The position numbers and the translations under genes are program-made. The notes beneath the pieces were generated by a model that searched no databases, was not told the DNA's origin, and saw nothing but the letters and a program-made list of their open reading frames with translations. Source: a virus. From it: a stretch of DNA of 64,000 bases. The stretch lies in the IMG/VR virus record IMGVR_UViG_3300027518_000006. One strand, written 5' to 3'. Positions 1-8,526 of this stretch are shown one piece after another (the stretch's first letter is position 1; every line of letters starts with the position of its first letter).

Positions 1-27
1 TGTGGAAGTGTCTACTATATAGGACAT
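1..27 (-). CDS. 5' end of a gene running off the window (MSYIVDTST...)
   Basis: ATG at 27 preceded by TGATATAAT with a 6-nt spacer, matching the recurrent leaderless pattern. Confidence 0.4.
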
Positions 28-33
28 ATCTAA

Positions 34-42
34 ATTATATCA
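34..42 (-). promoter_or_regulatory. Extended -10 promoter TGATATAAT, leaderless start
   Basis: TATAAT at 34-39, 6 nt to ATG at 27. Confidence 0.55.
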
Positions 43-92
43 CTTATTCTAGCATAGATCCCTTTATTTGGCAGGGTAATTATAATGTTATA

Positions 93-698
93 TCAGAGGT
101 ATTCTTTATTTGCAATTATGACTGCCATAGACTCTGGCTTAGCCCTATCTCCACGCCAGTAAACCTCAACAACCATAGCATTATTACTTATATAAGCCTT
201 TTCTTTTTCTGTTGCGTACTTAGATGTCCATCCAGCAGTCTTTATTTTATCTATCAATTCAATACTTGGCCTATCATCATTTATAATAAACTCTTCGCCA
301 TACCATGGGGCATGTAAATCTTCTATTATATACATTTTACTATGTTTAAATAATAAAGAAAAACTTGTCTCTATCATCTCAGTAGTATGACCACCGTCAT
401 CTAAGATAACATCATATAAACCAGTAACATTTTTTATCATTTGTTCTCTATTGGTTTGATCAACTATTCTTAAATCACATCCATTTACAATATCAAAATG
501 TTTTATATCCCACCCTTCAACTACAGTATCTTTATTAAACCACTCTCTCCACGTTTTAATAGAATAGCCAGCCTGTATTCCTATCTCTAAAAATCTTTTA
601 ACTTTATCTTTATCTATATGTTTTTCATAAAAATCTAAATATTTATGATAGGTAGCCTTATCTGTATTATATTTTAATCCTATGTCTTGTAATTTCAT
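93..698 (-). CDS. SAM-dependent methyltransferase, sugar O-methyltransferase-like (MycE/rhamnosyl O-MTase type)
   Basis: TDK..H.Y..FY, LEIGI..G.S...W, VILDDGGH, YIIEDLH motifs. Confidence 0.7.
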   Translation of the reverse strand: MKLQDIGLKYNTDKATYHKYLDFYEKHIDKDKVKRFLEIGIQAGYSIKTWREWFNKDTVVEGWDIKHFDIVNGCDLRIVDQTNREQMIKNVTGLYDVILDDGGHTTEMIETSFSLLFKHSKMYIIEDLHAPWYGEEFIINDDRPSIELIDKIKTAGWTSKYATEKEKAYISNNAMVVEVYWRGDRAKPESMAVIIANKEYL

Positions 699-1492
699 AT
701 ATTTCTATCTTTAATTTGTCTAGACTCTACTGGTATTAACTGTCCTTTGTGTGAAGCATTAATATCTTTTCTTACCCAAGTCATACCAAATGGCTCAGAT
801 AGATTATTTTGTGCATCTCTTTGTGGAAGTCTTTCCGCTAAGGACTGAAAAGTTGGGTCATCGCTTAAGTTAAGATAAGCATTATGATACCAAGGTAGAT
901 CGTAGAAGGCTGGAGAGTTTACTAAAAGCATTCCAGCAGTTGTCCAATGCTCTTGAATCGGTGGATCTTGACTTACAACCTTACCAGACAAACCATAATC
1001 TGGGACATTAACTCCAACCAGTGGCCTATCTACTTCTAACAATTTTTCTACAATATCAACATTTAAAGTTGTATCTGAGTCAACATATAATACTGCTTGA
1101 TAGTTTACTACTCCTTGATTTAATTCTGTACAGTCTTCTCCCCAGTGGTGACCTGAAGTTATTCTTGATCTTTGAGCAAATTCTCTGATAAGGTTACGAC
1201 CTGTTTCAATTCTTATCCATCTATTGTGTGAGGTTACCTTTGACTGCATATCGTTTATTGTATATGTCCAATAGTCTCCATTAACTTCCTTTAATGCTGC
1301 AATTACAGAGTGAAATGGTTCTAATCCTCTTTCATCTAATTCAAATGCAGCAAACCATTTAGCATTAGGAAACTTTTCTATAATTCTAACTCTATCTTCT
1401 ATCCAAGTCATATGCTCTAATCTGTCACATTTCCAAGCAACAAGAGGAGTTCCTATTACAAAATGCTTTTCATAATCAATTGGTTTTAACAT
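695..1492 (-). CDS. GT-A fold glycosyltransferase-like protein
   Basis: VLYVDSD DxD motif, GRNLIRE, DD near C-terminus; lies in sugar cluster. Confidence 0.55.
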   Translation of the reverse strand: MLKPIDYEKHFVIGTPLVAWKCDRLEHMTWIEDRVRIIEKFPNAKWFAAFELDERGLEPFHSVIAALKEVNGDYWTYTINDMQSKVTSHNRWIRIETGRNLIREFAQRSRITSGHHWGEDCTELNQGVVNYQAVLYVDSDTTLNVDIVEKLLEVDRPLVGVNVPDYGLSGKVVSQDPPIQEHWTTAGMLLVNSPAFYDLPWYHNAYLNLSDDPTFQSLAERLPQRDAQNNLSEPFGMTWVRKDINASHKGQLIPVESRQIKDRNI

Positions 1493-1943
1493 AGTTATCC
1501 TTTATTTCTTCTATATAGTCTGAACATATACCAAAGTATCCTAGATCTTTAATATACTTTGTACCCTGATTTTTTTCTGGTAATACAAGTATAGAGCAGT
1601 CAGAAATTTTTGGAGTTCCAGGGTATCCCCAAACAAATCCCTTGCTAGTCATAGTATAGTCATCCATATTATGAAAGAAACAATGTAAATCATTTTCTAC
1701 ACAAGTTTCTAAAGACTTATAATCTTTACAGTGTATCCAAAGATTATCTTTTCTTTCTTTTAACCATTCTAAATCTATAAAATGATCTGGATCATCATGT
1801 CCTAAATATAATTGTCCAAGGTTAGTTCTTAAATCTATTTCTACTTCATACCCCGCAAAAATGGCTGCATCAATGTAGAAGGGGTTATTTTCATTTCTTG
1901 ACACTGGACCATTTAAATTGCCACGATGGGATATGTATTTCAT
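1476..1943 (-). CDS. PLC-like / GDPD-type phosphodiesterase
   Basis: ISHRGN, EN, VEIDL, LYLGHD, LWIHCK, GICSDY motifs. Confidence 0.8.
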   Translation of the reverse strand: MKYISHRGNLNGPVSRNENNPFYIDAAIFAGYEVEIDLRTNLGQLYLGHDDPDHFIDLEWLKERKDNLWIHCKDYKSLETCVENDLHCFFHNMDDYTMTSKGFVWGYPGTPKISDCSILVLPEKNQGTKYIKDLGYFGICSDYIEEIKDNYVKTN

Positions 1944-2647
1944 TTTTCAGTCTGAACCCAAATCCATTGACGATGGTTGTCTCCAGGACCAGTTGGTCTA
2001 ATATCAGATTTATAATTTTTAAACCCTATCTTATTAATCAAATCATCTTTTAACTCTTCTTCATCAGTAATGCTTACATCTGCATGACCATTTGTGCTTG
2101 CTGCTTCATAAACATTATCATAATATTTTGCAGTAGGAATTCCTTCTTTACCACCGTATCCCATTTGAAAACAAAGTTTTCCACCTGGCTTTAAGACTCT
2201 ATATGCTTCTTTTAATATATTAAATCTAATTTCATGTACACAAATATGTTGAAAGCAAATAACTGCAAACATAACGTCATAAACATTATCTTCAATCATT
2301 GATAGATTATCTCCAGAGGTATGATATAAATTAGGAATATCAATATTGTTATATTCTAAATTTACCCTTGACTTTTCTAGATTAATGTTAGATATATCTA
2401 CTCCATCAATTCTTTTAAATCTATTATGAAACTTAACTAAATTTCTTCCTGGACCACACCCATAATCAAGGGCAATCATATCGGTTGTATCAAAGTCTTT
2501 AAAAAGGTATGTATCGTAATCTTTCCAGTCATTATGAGCGTCATAAGATCCAACAACTGGATCTTTAAATTGTAAACTCCATACAGCAGCATATTGATCA
2601 TAATATTTATTTTGCATATTTAAATAATCTTGTTTATTTCTATTCAT
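1940..2647 (-). CDS. Class I SAM-dependent methyltransferase
   Basis: ALDYGCGPGR motif I, GVDIS, YRVLKPGG. Confidence 0.85.
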   Translation of the reverse strand: MNRNKQDYLNMQNKYYDQYAAVWSLQFKDPVVGSYDAHNDWKDYDTYLFKDFDTTDMIALDYGCGPGRNLVKFHNRFKRIDGVDISNINLEKSRVNLEYNNIDIPNLYHTSGDNLSMIEDNVYDVMFAVICFQHICVHEIRFNILKEAYRVLKPGGKLCFQMGYGGKEGIPTAKYYDNVYEAASTNGHADVSITDEEELKDDLINKIGFKNYKSDIRPTGPGDNHRQWIWVQTEK

Positions 2648-4017
2648 TTGTTATTCTCCAAGTAGTAGTTTAAATCTTCAGGGGTTCCTATACCCCACAT
2701 TTTTTCTATTTCTTTTACCCTTATCCTCTTACCATCTTCAATCGCTTGATTAAAAACAGGACAAACGTAAAATTCATTATTAGTTCTTATATCTTTTTGT
2801 ATCATATCTTCAGCATATTTTACATAATCTGATCCATGCTTCCAGTAATAAATTCCTACTGTTGCATTATCTGATATAGGATTCTTTTCTGCTACCTTTG
2901 ATACAAAGCCGTTATCACCAATTTTGGCATAAGACCATTTAGGATGTGTAGCCTTAAAGGTTAGAATCCCACCATCTATCTCGTCAGCATCAAAGGCGTA
3001 AAGACACTCATTACTATTCCATTCTACAATTTGATCAGAGTTTGCAATCAATAAAGGTTCATTGCTATTTATATATTCTTTTGCCAATAAGGTTGTTACT
3101 GCAGCACCTTCTGTTATTCCATTTATTGTTACAATGTCGCATCCTGGCTTGATTAAGTTTAAGACTTGCTTTAAGTTATATTTATGAAAATGTTCTTCTT
3201 GAACTATAAACACATAATGAGCATCTATATTTAAATTATCTACTACGACTTGAATCATTGGCTTACCGTTGACTTCAATTAATGGCTTAGGGAATGTATA
3301 TCCTGCTTGTGCAAATCTAGATCCAGCACCAGCCATAGGAATTAAAACATTCATCTTTTCATTTTTCCAAGGCACTTCTTTTTTCCCTTTCATTTGTAAC
3401 CTATCTATCATATCAAAGAACTTGTCCTTAAGTAGATCATCTGCGTCCTTAATGCCGTATAGGTGCCCTCCAGAGGCTATAGCGCCCTGTCTGCCAATAT
3501 GGGAGTCTTCTACTATTACTGTATTTTGAGGCAAGGCATTTAATGCTGTCATACATTTCCAGTACATTTCAGGGTATGGTTTATGATGCTTTACATCTTC
3601 ATTACTAACTATATATTCTATATATCCTAATACTCCAATGGCATTTAATGCTGTTATGATAGTTTCTCTAATAGAATTACTTGCTACCGCAATTTTCCAT
3701 CCATCTTTCTTTAACTGCTTTATTATAGATATTGCTGTTTTATTTTCTGGAAGTTTTTGTAATATATCTATGGTCTGTCTTTGTTTTTCTTTCCATACCT
3801 GATCGTGATACTCTACTGGAAGTCCTTTTAATTCTGTTAACATTTTTAATTTCATAGTAGTTCCAAGACCATCATATTTTGACAAATGTTCTTCTCTAGT
3901 AACAACAAACTTAGGGTTAATCTTTATAAGAGCACTATTTAGTGCGTCATAGTGAACATCTCTAGAGTCAATTAGAACTCCATCAAGATCGAATATAACT
4001 AATTTATTATCGTACAT
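2644..4017 (-). CDS. HAD phosphatase fused to BcbE-like sugar-phosphate nucleotidyltransferase
   Basis: N-terminal IFDLDGVL, KPYP, VEDS..G (HAD); C-terminal IPMAGAGSRF, PKPLIEV, NSDQ, GIGTPEDL. Start set at MYDNKLV (4017); the track's 4077 start overlaps the upstream gene. Confidence 0.85.
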   Translation of the reverse strand: MYDNKLVIFDLDGVLIDSRDVHYDALNSALIKINPKFVVTREEHLSKYDGLGTTMKLKMLTELKGLPVEYHDQVWKEKQRQTIDILQKLPENKTAISIIKQLKKDGWKIAVASNSIRETIITALNAIGVLGYIEYIVSNEDVKHHKPYPEMYWKCMTALNALPQNTVIVEDSHIGRQGAIASGGHLYGIKDADDLLKDKFFDMIDRLQMKGKKEVPWKNEKMNVLIPMAGAGSRFAQAGYTFPKPLIEVNGKPMIQVVVDNLNIDAHYVFIVQEEHFHKYNLKQVLNLIKPGCDIVTINGITEGAAVTTLLAKEYINSNEPLLIANSDQIVEWNSNECLYAFDADEIDGGILTFKATHPKWSYAKIGDNGFVSKVAEKNPISDNATVGIYYWKHGSDYVKYAEDMIQKDIRTNNEFYVCPVFNQAIEDGKRIRVKEIEKMWGIGTPEDLNYYLENNK

Positions 4018-4672
4018 TGGCTGGCTTCGGTCCCGCATGTCTATGCCATTTGTTATGTCTAACAATAGCACCTCCATTGCATTTCATTACATACTTATTA
4101 CGAACCCTCATTGACCACTCAACATCTTCTTCTTCGTCCCAACCACGACTTTCATCAAGAGGCTCTTCAATCATTACGTGTTTTTTAACAATAAAGAATC
4201 CACCTGAGATATACATATACTCTGTTTGAGACCAATCGTCATAATTCAAAGACCAGGCTCTTCCATAACCAGGCTTGTCCCACAAAGACCAATCCATAGG
4301 ATTACGCATCCCTGTAATTAGAAACTGAGGACAGGAACATATATCCCAATCAGTTCCAAATTTTTTAAAACTTTCATACCAATTTTGATCAAAAACGTGG
4401 TAGTCATGCATTAAAACTATATTTTCATACTTAGATTCTTTAACTAAAACATTCTTCTTTCTTGTGATCCACATTGGTTTTTGACTTTCATCAAAGTCTA
4501 CCTTACGAATATCTGGTCCATCTATACCTTCACTATCTCCACCACCAACAAATAGTATTTCATATTCTGGAATACTTAAATCACGAATGCTTTTTATAAT
4601 GTGCAATAGTCTATCTTTATCTTGATATGTTGTTATTATTCCAAATGTCCATTGGATATCATTCATTGTCAA
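4007..4672 (-). CDS. GT-A/GT2-like glycosyltransferase
   Basis: TFGIIT, YEILFVG, KKNVL..ESKYENIVLMHDY, WDEEEDVEWS. Confidence 0.7.
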   Translation of the reverse strand: MTMNDIQWTFGIITTYQDKDRLLHIIKSIRDLSIPEYEILFVGGGDSEGIDGPDIRKVDFDESQKPMWITRKKNVLVKESKYENIVLMHDYHVFDQNWYESFKKFGTDWDICSCPQFLITGMRNPMDWSLWDKPGYGRAWSLNYDDWSQTEYMYISGGFFIVKKHVMIEEPLDESRGWDEEEDVEWSMRVRNKYVMKCNGGAIVRHNKWHRHAGPKPANVR

Positions 4673-5588
4673 ATCCTGTTGCTATAACTGTTACACGAAT
4701 TTGATCTTCTAAAGTTTCATCTACTACTGTACCAAAAATTATATTTGCATCTTCATGAGCATTATCAGATACTGCAGTTGTTATTGTTGAAACTTCAGCC
4801 ATTGTGATATTAGAGGATGATGCAATTGAAAGAAGAATACCTTTTGCACCCTTTAAATTAACATCTAAAATAGGGCTAGTCGTTGCTGATTCTGCTGCTT
4901 GATCTGCTCTATTCTTTCCTTCTCCAAATCCAAGACCCATGAATGCTGTTCCTGCGTTCTCCATTACACGTCTTACGTCTGCAAAGTCCACGTTAATAAA
5001 CCCAGGGGTAGTAATTAAATCAGTAATAGAGGCAATACCTTTTAATAAAATAGTATCTACTTCTTCAAATGCTTCTGTCATGGTTACTTTTGGATCTAAT
5101 AATGTTAATAAGTTTTCATTTGGTATTACTATAATAGTATCTACATTTTCTTTTAATTTTTCTATACCCGCCAAGGCTTTATTCATTCTTTGTTTGCCCT
5201 CAAAAAAGAATGGAGTAGTAACAATACCTATTGTTAATGCACCAACATCTTTTGCTGCTCTTGCAACTACTGGAGCACTTCCAGTACCAGTTCCCCCACC
5301 CATTCCTGCTGTAATAAATACCATGTCTGAACCAAAGACTATATCTTTTATATCTTCTACATTTTCTTCTGCTGCAAGTCTTCCTTGTTCTGGATCAGCG
5401 CCTGCACCAAGTCCTTTAGTAACATTACGACCAATGTCTAATTTTATATTTGCTGTACTTGTAACTAATGCTTGAGCATCTGTATTTAATGCAACAAACT
5501 CAACTCCAGATAGTCCCATATCTGACATACGATTGACAGCGTTAACACCACCACCACCGCATCCTATGATTTTAATATCTGCTAACAT
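4659..5588 (-). CDS. ftsZ: Cell division GTPase FtsZ, core domain only (no C-terminal tail)
   Basis: GCGGGGVNAVNRM, NTDAQAL, GLGAGADP, GMGGGTGTG tubulin signature, PFFFEG, T7 loop INVDFADV; ends VTVIATGFDNE*. Confidence 0.97.
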   Translation of the reverse strand: MLADIKIIGCGGGGVNAVNRMSDMGLSGVEFVALNTDAQALVTSTANIKLDIGRNVTKGLGAGADPEQGRLAAEENVEDIKDIVFGSDMVFITAGMGGGTGTGSAPVVARAAKDVGALTIGIVTTPFFFEGKQRMNKALAGIEKLKENVDTIIVIPNENLLTLLDPKVTMTEAFEEVDTILLKGIASITDLITTPGFINVDFADVRRVMENAGTAFMGLGFGEGKNRADQAAESATTSPILDVNLKGAKGILLSIASSSNITMAEVSTITTAVSDNAHEDANIIFGTVVDETLEDQIRVTVIATGFDNE

Positions 5589-5591
5589 GTA

Positions 5592-5990
5592 TTAAACCTT
5601 TTTATTTCTTTTTGCTAGCAGTTGGTCAAAATCTTTAACTTTTGTATCGCCAAGATATCCCCAAGCATATCCTTGATCAATCATTGCAAGGTTTAGGTTT
5701 ACATCATCAACAAATAACCATCCAAGAATTCTTCCATATTTTTCTGATGAATCCATTTTTTCAGTTTTGATAATTACAGTTTTTGCATGTGCCAATGCTT
5801 TTTTAAGCCATTCTTTTGATTCTAATCCAAGTTTCTTTTCATATAGATCTTTAGTTCTAGATTCTGGGGTATCTATGCCAGCCAGTCTAACTCTTGATGA
5901 AAATGATATATCAAACCCAAGATCAATTTCAACATCAATCGTATCTCCATCTACTACGGCTGTTACTTTTTTTACATGATATTCATACAT
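5592..5990 (-). CDS. Thermonuclease (SNase-like)
   Basis: VVDGDTI, RVRLAGIDTPE, KYGRIL, GYAW; probable start MYEYH at 5990 after TATAAT-N6. Confidence 0.9.
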   Translation of the reverse strand: MYEYHVKKVTAVVDGDTIDVEIDLGFDISFSSRVRLAGIDTPESRTKDLYEKKLGLESKEWLKKALAHAKTVIIKTEKMDSSEKYGRILGWLFVDDVNLNLAMIDQGYAWGYLGDTKVKDFDQLLAKRNKKV

Positions 5991-5996
5991 GTTATT

Positions 5997-6002
5997 ATTA
6001 TA
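5997..6002 (-). promoter_or_regulatory. -10 box for leaderless start of the thermonuclease-ftsZ-glycan operon
   Basis: TATAAT then aataac then ATG(5990). Confidence 0.55.
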
Positions 6003-6504
6003 CCTTACTTCCACAGGGTATATTCCTAATATTTACTAGGTCTTCTTCTGTTAATACCTGATTTTTTGACTCGTAAGGATACATCAAGGAGTTTGGATCA
6101 TCGCTATGATCAAGTCCTATTCCATGCAATATTTCATGAAGCAGAACATTTTTATTTTTCGTAAACATAGATATATAAACATTGTCTATTCTTGCTTCAT
6201 TATAACTATCCATTAATATAGTTCTTCCTAATATATTAGAATCCTTAGATCCTAAATAATATATTTCCATATGAGGTTGCTTTTTCATAGACTTTTTCCA
6301 CTTTCTAAAAGTAAAATTAGATATAGTCTCTATGTATCTAATGGTAGGGATTATTTCATCTTTTTTATAGTCATCATAGACATAAAATAGTTTACAATCT
6401 CTCCATGTTATTTTACCGTGCTTATTTTCTATATATGTGTCAGCAAAAGATATTGAGGGTAGAAATGATATTACTAACGATAGTATTATTATTTTAAGTT
6501 TCAC
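5998..6504 (-). CDS. Secreted matrixin-like (M10/metzincin) zinc metallopeptidase
   Basis: HEILHGIGLDH zinc motif, Met-turn SLMYP, hydrophobic N-terminal signal. Confidence 0.8.
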   Translation of the reverse strand: MKLKIIILSLVISFLPSISFADTYIENKHGKITWRDCKLFYVYDDYKKDEIIPTIRYIETISNFTFRKWKKSMKKQPHMEIYYLGSKDSNILGRTILMDSYNEARIDNVYISMFTKNKNVLLHEILHGIGLDHSDDPNSLMYPYESKNQVLTEEDLVNIRNIPCGSKV

Positions 6505-6704
6505 TAGTTACCCCTATATTGTCTTTCTTCATTTAAATGTTTTAACATTTTTTGAGCATATTCTTTACCTCTTAAATCATCCATAAATAATACTATTTCT
6601 TCTGCCATTTCAAATGGTTTTATATGATACTTAACATCTTGTAAATGTTCTATAAATTCTGCAAGTTCATTAACACGATAGTCTTTATGTTTACGAATCT
6701 GCAC
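6504..6704 (-). CDS. Hypothetical protein
   Basis: ORF tiles with neighbours. Confidence 0.55.
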   Translation of the reverse strand: MQIRKHKDYRVNELAEFIEHLQDVKYHIKPFEMAEEIVLFMDDLRGKEYAQKMLKHLNEERQYRGN

Positions 6705-6957
6705 TCGCTGTTGATTTCTTTAATTGACCAGTTCTAATGCCATGTTTATATGCAAGGTTTGCTGCTTTTCTACGAGCCTTTCTAGCAGCACGTTTTTTTG
6801 CAGGATCCCATGAAGCGGCCTTGTCTGGTCTTTTGATTAAATTATAACCACCACGACTTCTTCCAGTTGCTCCAATGTTTGGTTCTTTTGGATTTTGCTT
6901 TATTGCCTTACCATTTGCTCTGTTAGTATTTCTATCAGATGTTTTCTTTTGTGCCAT
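6691..6957 (-). CDS. Small highly basic protein
   Basis: K/R/A-rich (AKKRAARKARRKAA). Confidence 0.6.
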   Translation of the reverse strand: MAQKKTSDRNTNRANGKAIKQNPKEPNIGATGRSRGGYNLIKRPDKAASWDPAKKRAARKARRKAANLAYKHGIRTGQLKKSTASADS

Positions 6958-6972
6958 TACATTTCTCCATTC

Positions 6973-7257
6973 TCATACCTTTATACCCTTTTTTAATAAT
7001 TTATATTTACTGTATGTCATAACACTAACCTTTATAATATCACTATTTTTATCTAAATAAAATTTTGAATCAGTTGTTAAAAGCACAATAGAACTTTTAT
7101 CTTTTAATAAAATAACTATTGCATATTTTTCTTTTTCTTCTTGTAATTTATTTAAAGAATTTGTTTTTAAGTCTTTGTCTAAGTATAAACTGTTTTCTTG
7201 TGCAAATGATGGAAAACTAATTAAAGATAAAAAAAGTGTTAATGCTATTTTTTTCAT
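6973..7257 (-). CDS. Hypothetical exported protein
   Basis: MKKIALTLFLSLISFPSFA signal peptide. Confidence 0.55.
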   Translation of the reverse strand: MKKIALTLFLSLISFPSFAQENSLYLDKDLKTNSLNKLQEEKEKYAIVILLKDKSSIVLLTTDSKFYLDKNSDIIKVSVMTYSKYKLLKKGIKV

Positions 7258-7436
7258 ACGTTTTCTCTATCTAATGGAGTTGGAGCAGTAACCAAAGTAC
7301 CACACTCTGCACATTCTGAGTCTAGTAAATATTGCTCTATATTATATTCTTCATCAAATGTAACTAAAACTTTAAATATATTAGTACCACAAATAGGGCA
7401 TACGCTTGTTGGTATTCCTCTTGCGTTTAATGACAT
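7254..7436 (-). CDS. Small zinc-ribbon protein
   Basis: CPICG ... CAECG. Confidence 0.65.
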   Translation of the reverse strand: MSLNARGIPTSVCPICGTNIFKVLVTFDEEYNIEQYLLDSECAECGTLVTAPTPLDRENV

Positions 7437-7531
7437 ACTTCTTCTTTCTTAAATGCTCGTAAATTCCTGGTTCTGTAAATACCATCATACCTGAAAATAT
7501 TCCTATTGTCAACAAAAATTCCCAAATCAAT

Positions 7532-7666
7532 TTAACCTCTAGTGTCAGACCAAGATGCCCAGTTTAAATTAGATGTCCTAACCTTTTCTGCAAATGACAT
7601 TCCACAAGTACAGGCAATATCTTTAAGCCTTTTACAATCTTGACAGTAATTTGATTCTTCACTCAT
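7532..7666 (-). CDS. 44-aa Cys-rich protein (not in ORF track)
   Basis: MSEESNYCQDCKRLKDIACTCG...; begins 6 nt after a consensus -10 box. Confidence 0.55.
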   Translation of the reverse strand: MSEESNYCQDCKRLKDIACTCGMSFAEKVRTSNLNWASWSDTRG

Positions 7667-7672
7667 ATATAA

Positions 7673-7701
7673 ATTATACCTCTTTAAGGTGTTTTAGGCA
7701 A
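7673..7701 (-). promoter_or_regulatory. SigA-type promoter TTGCCT-17-TATAAT, leaderless
   Basis: -35 at 7696-7701, -10 at 7673-7678, ATG at 7666. Confidence 0.65.
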
Positions 7702-7756
7702 CCCACCAGCCAAAAACCTCCAGCCCTAGATCCCCTAAGCCAGATTCCCCTCAGTA

Positions 7757-8041
7757 TTAATTTGCTTTCTTATCTACTGAGTTAAATGCATTATTGATTT
7801 CATCGATGCTTAGTCTTCCATCATCAATGAATCCTCGTGCTAGTTTTTCAACTACTGTAGCAACACCTAGAGTTCCTGCAAGAATTATTGCACTCATAGT
7901 ATCTATACCAATAATTGCACCAGCACCAATAACTCCAAGTCCATTGGCTGCAAATACAGCGATTATTCTAAGTAGAATATTTTTAATACCGCTAACTGCT
8001 CCCATTGCCTTTTCGTCATCTAGTTTTGTTTCTTTTGCCAT
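7757..8041 (-). CDS. Small membrane protein (holin-like candidate)
   Basis: Two hydrophobic segments, charged C-terminus; GGAG SD before MAKETK. Confidence 0.5.
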   Translation of the reverse strand: MAKETKLDDEKAMGAVSGIKNILLRIIAVFAANGLGVIGAGAIIGIDTMSAIILAGTLGVATVVEKLARGFIDDGRLSIDEINNAFNSVDKKAN

Positions 8042-8043
8042 TA

Positions 8044-8526
8044 TTATTCTCCTTCCCTTATTCGTATAGTTATTAGCCATACAAACAAGACAGTTATAAT
8101 TGCATACCCTACGATAGTTTTTGCACTACCCTCGAGTACTAGCCATGCTGCGAACATACCTAGTAATGTCCACAATTGGTTTAATGTTTCTACAAATGCT
8201 TCTACTAGCCATGCCCATATAAATTTAACTACTGTCCATACTTTATTTAGTATCCATAGAATTAATTTCCAGGTATTAATAAATACCCATTTAATTGCAT
8301 TCCAGATACTTGTAATAATCCAGGTAATAACTTGAGTACCTTCATTAACTACCCCAACTATTCCTTTATATATACCTTTAAGTATCTTCCAAATAAGATT
8401 AAGAACATATTTAATTACCGCCATAACCTTGATTAGAATAAACTTAACTAGGTTTATGGGTAACATAACTACGAACTTAACTGCTTTGAAGATAAACTTA
8501 AAAGGTTTTAGTATTGCCTTTATCAT
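8044..8526 (-). CDS. Membrane protein with 11-residue amphipathic Trp repeats
   Basis: W at 69/80/91 and 75/86/97; two C-terminal hydrophobic helices. Confidence 0.6.
   Translation of the reverse strand: MIKAILKPFKFIFKAVKFVVMLPINLVKFILIKVMAVIKYVLNLIWKILKGIYKGIVGVVNEGTQVITWIITSIWNAIKWVFINTWKLILWILNKVWTVVKFIWAWLVEAFVETLNQLWTLLGMFAAWLVLEGSAKTIVGYAIITVLFVWLITIRIREGE

Noticed and set aside
4939-5475. 178-aa plus-strand ORF antisense to ftsZ
   Set aside because: Shadow frame with no motif or start signal
4659-5588. PhuZ/TubZ identity and phage-nucleus system
   Set aside because: Sequence follows bacterial FtsZ motif by motif, and no chimallin-like or RNAP genes were seen
7370-7530. TTG-start small membrane ORF (MIWEFLLTIGIF...)
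   Set aside because: Weak start and about 60-nt overlap with the zinc-ribbon gene; possible but unsupported
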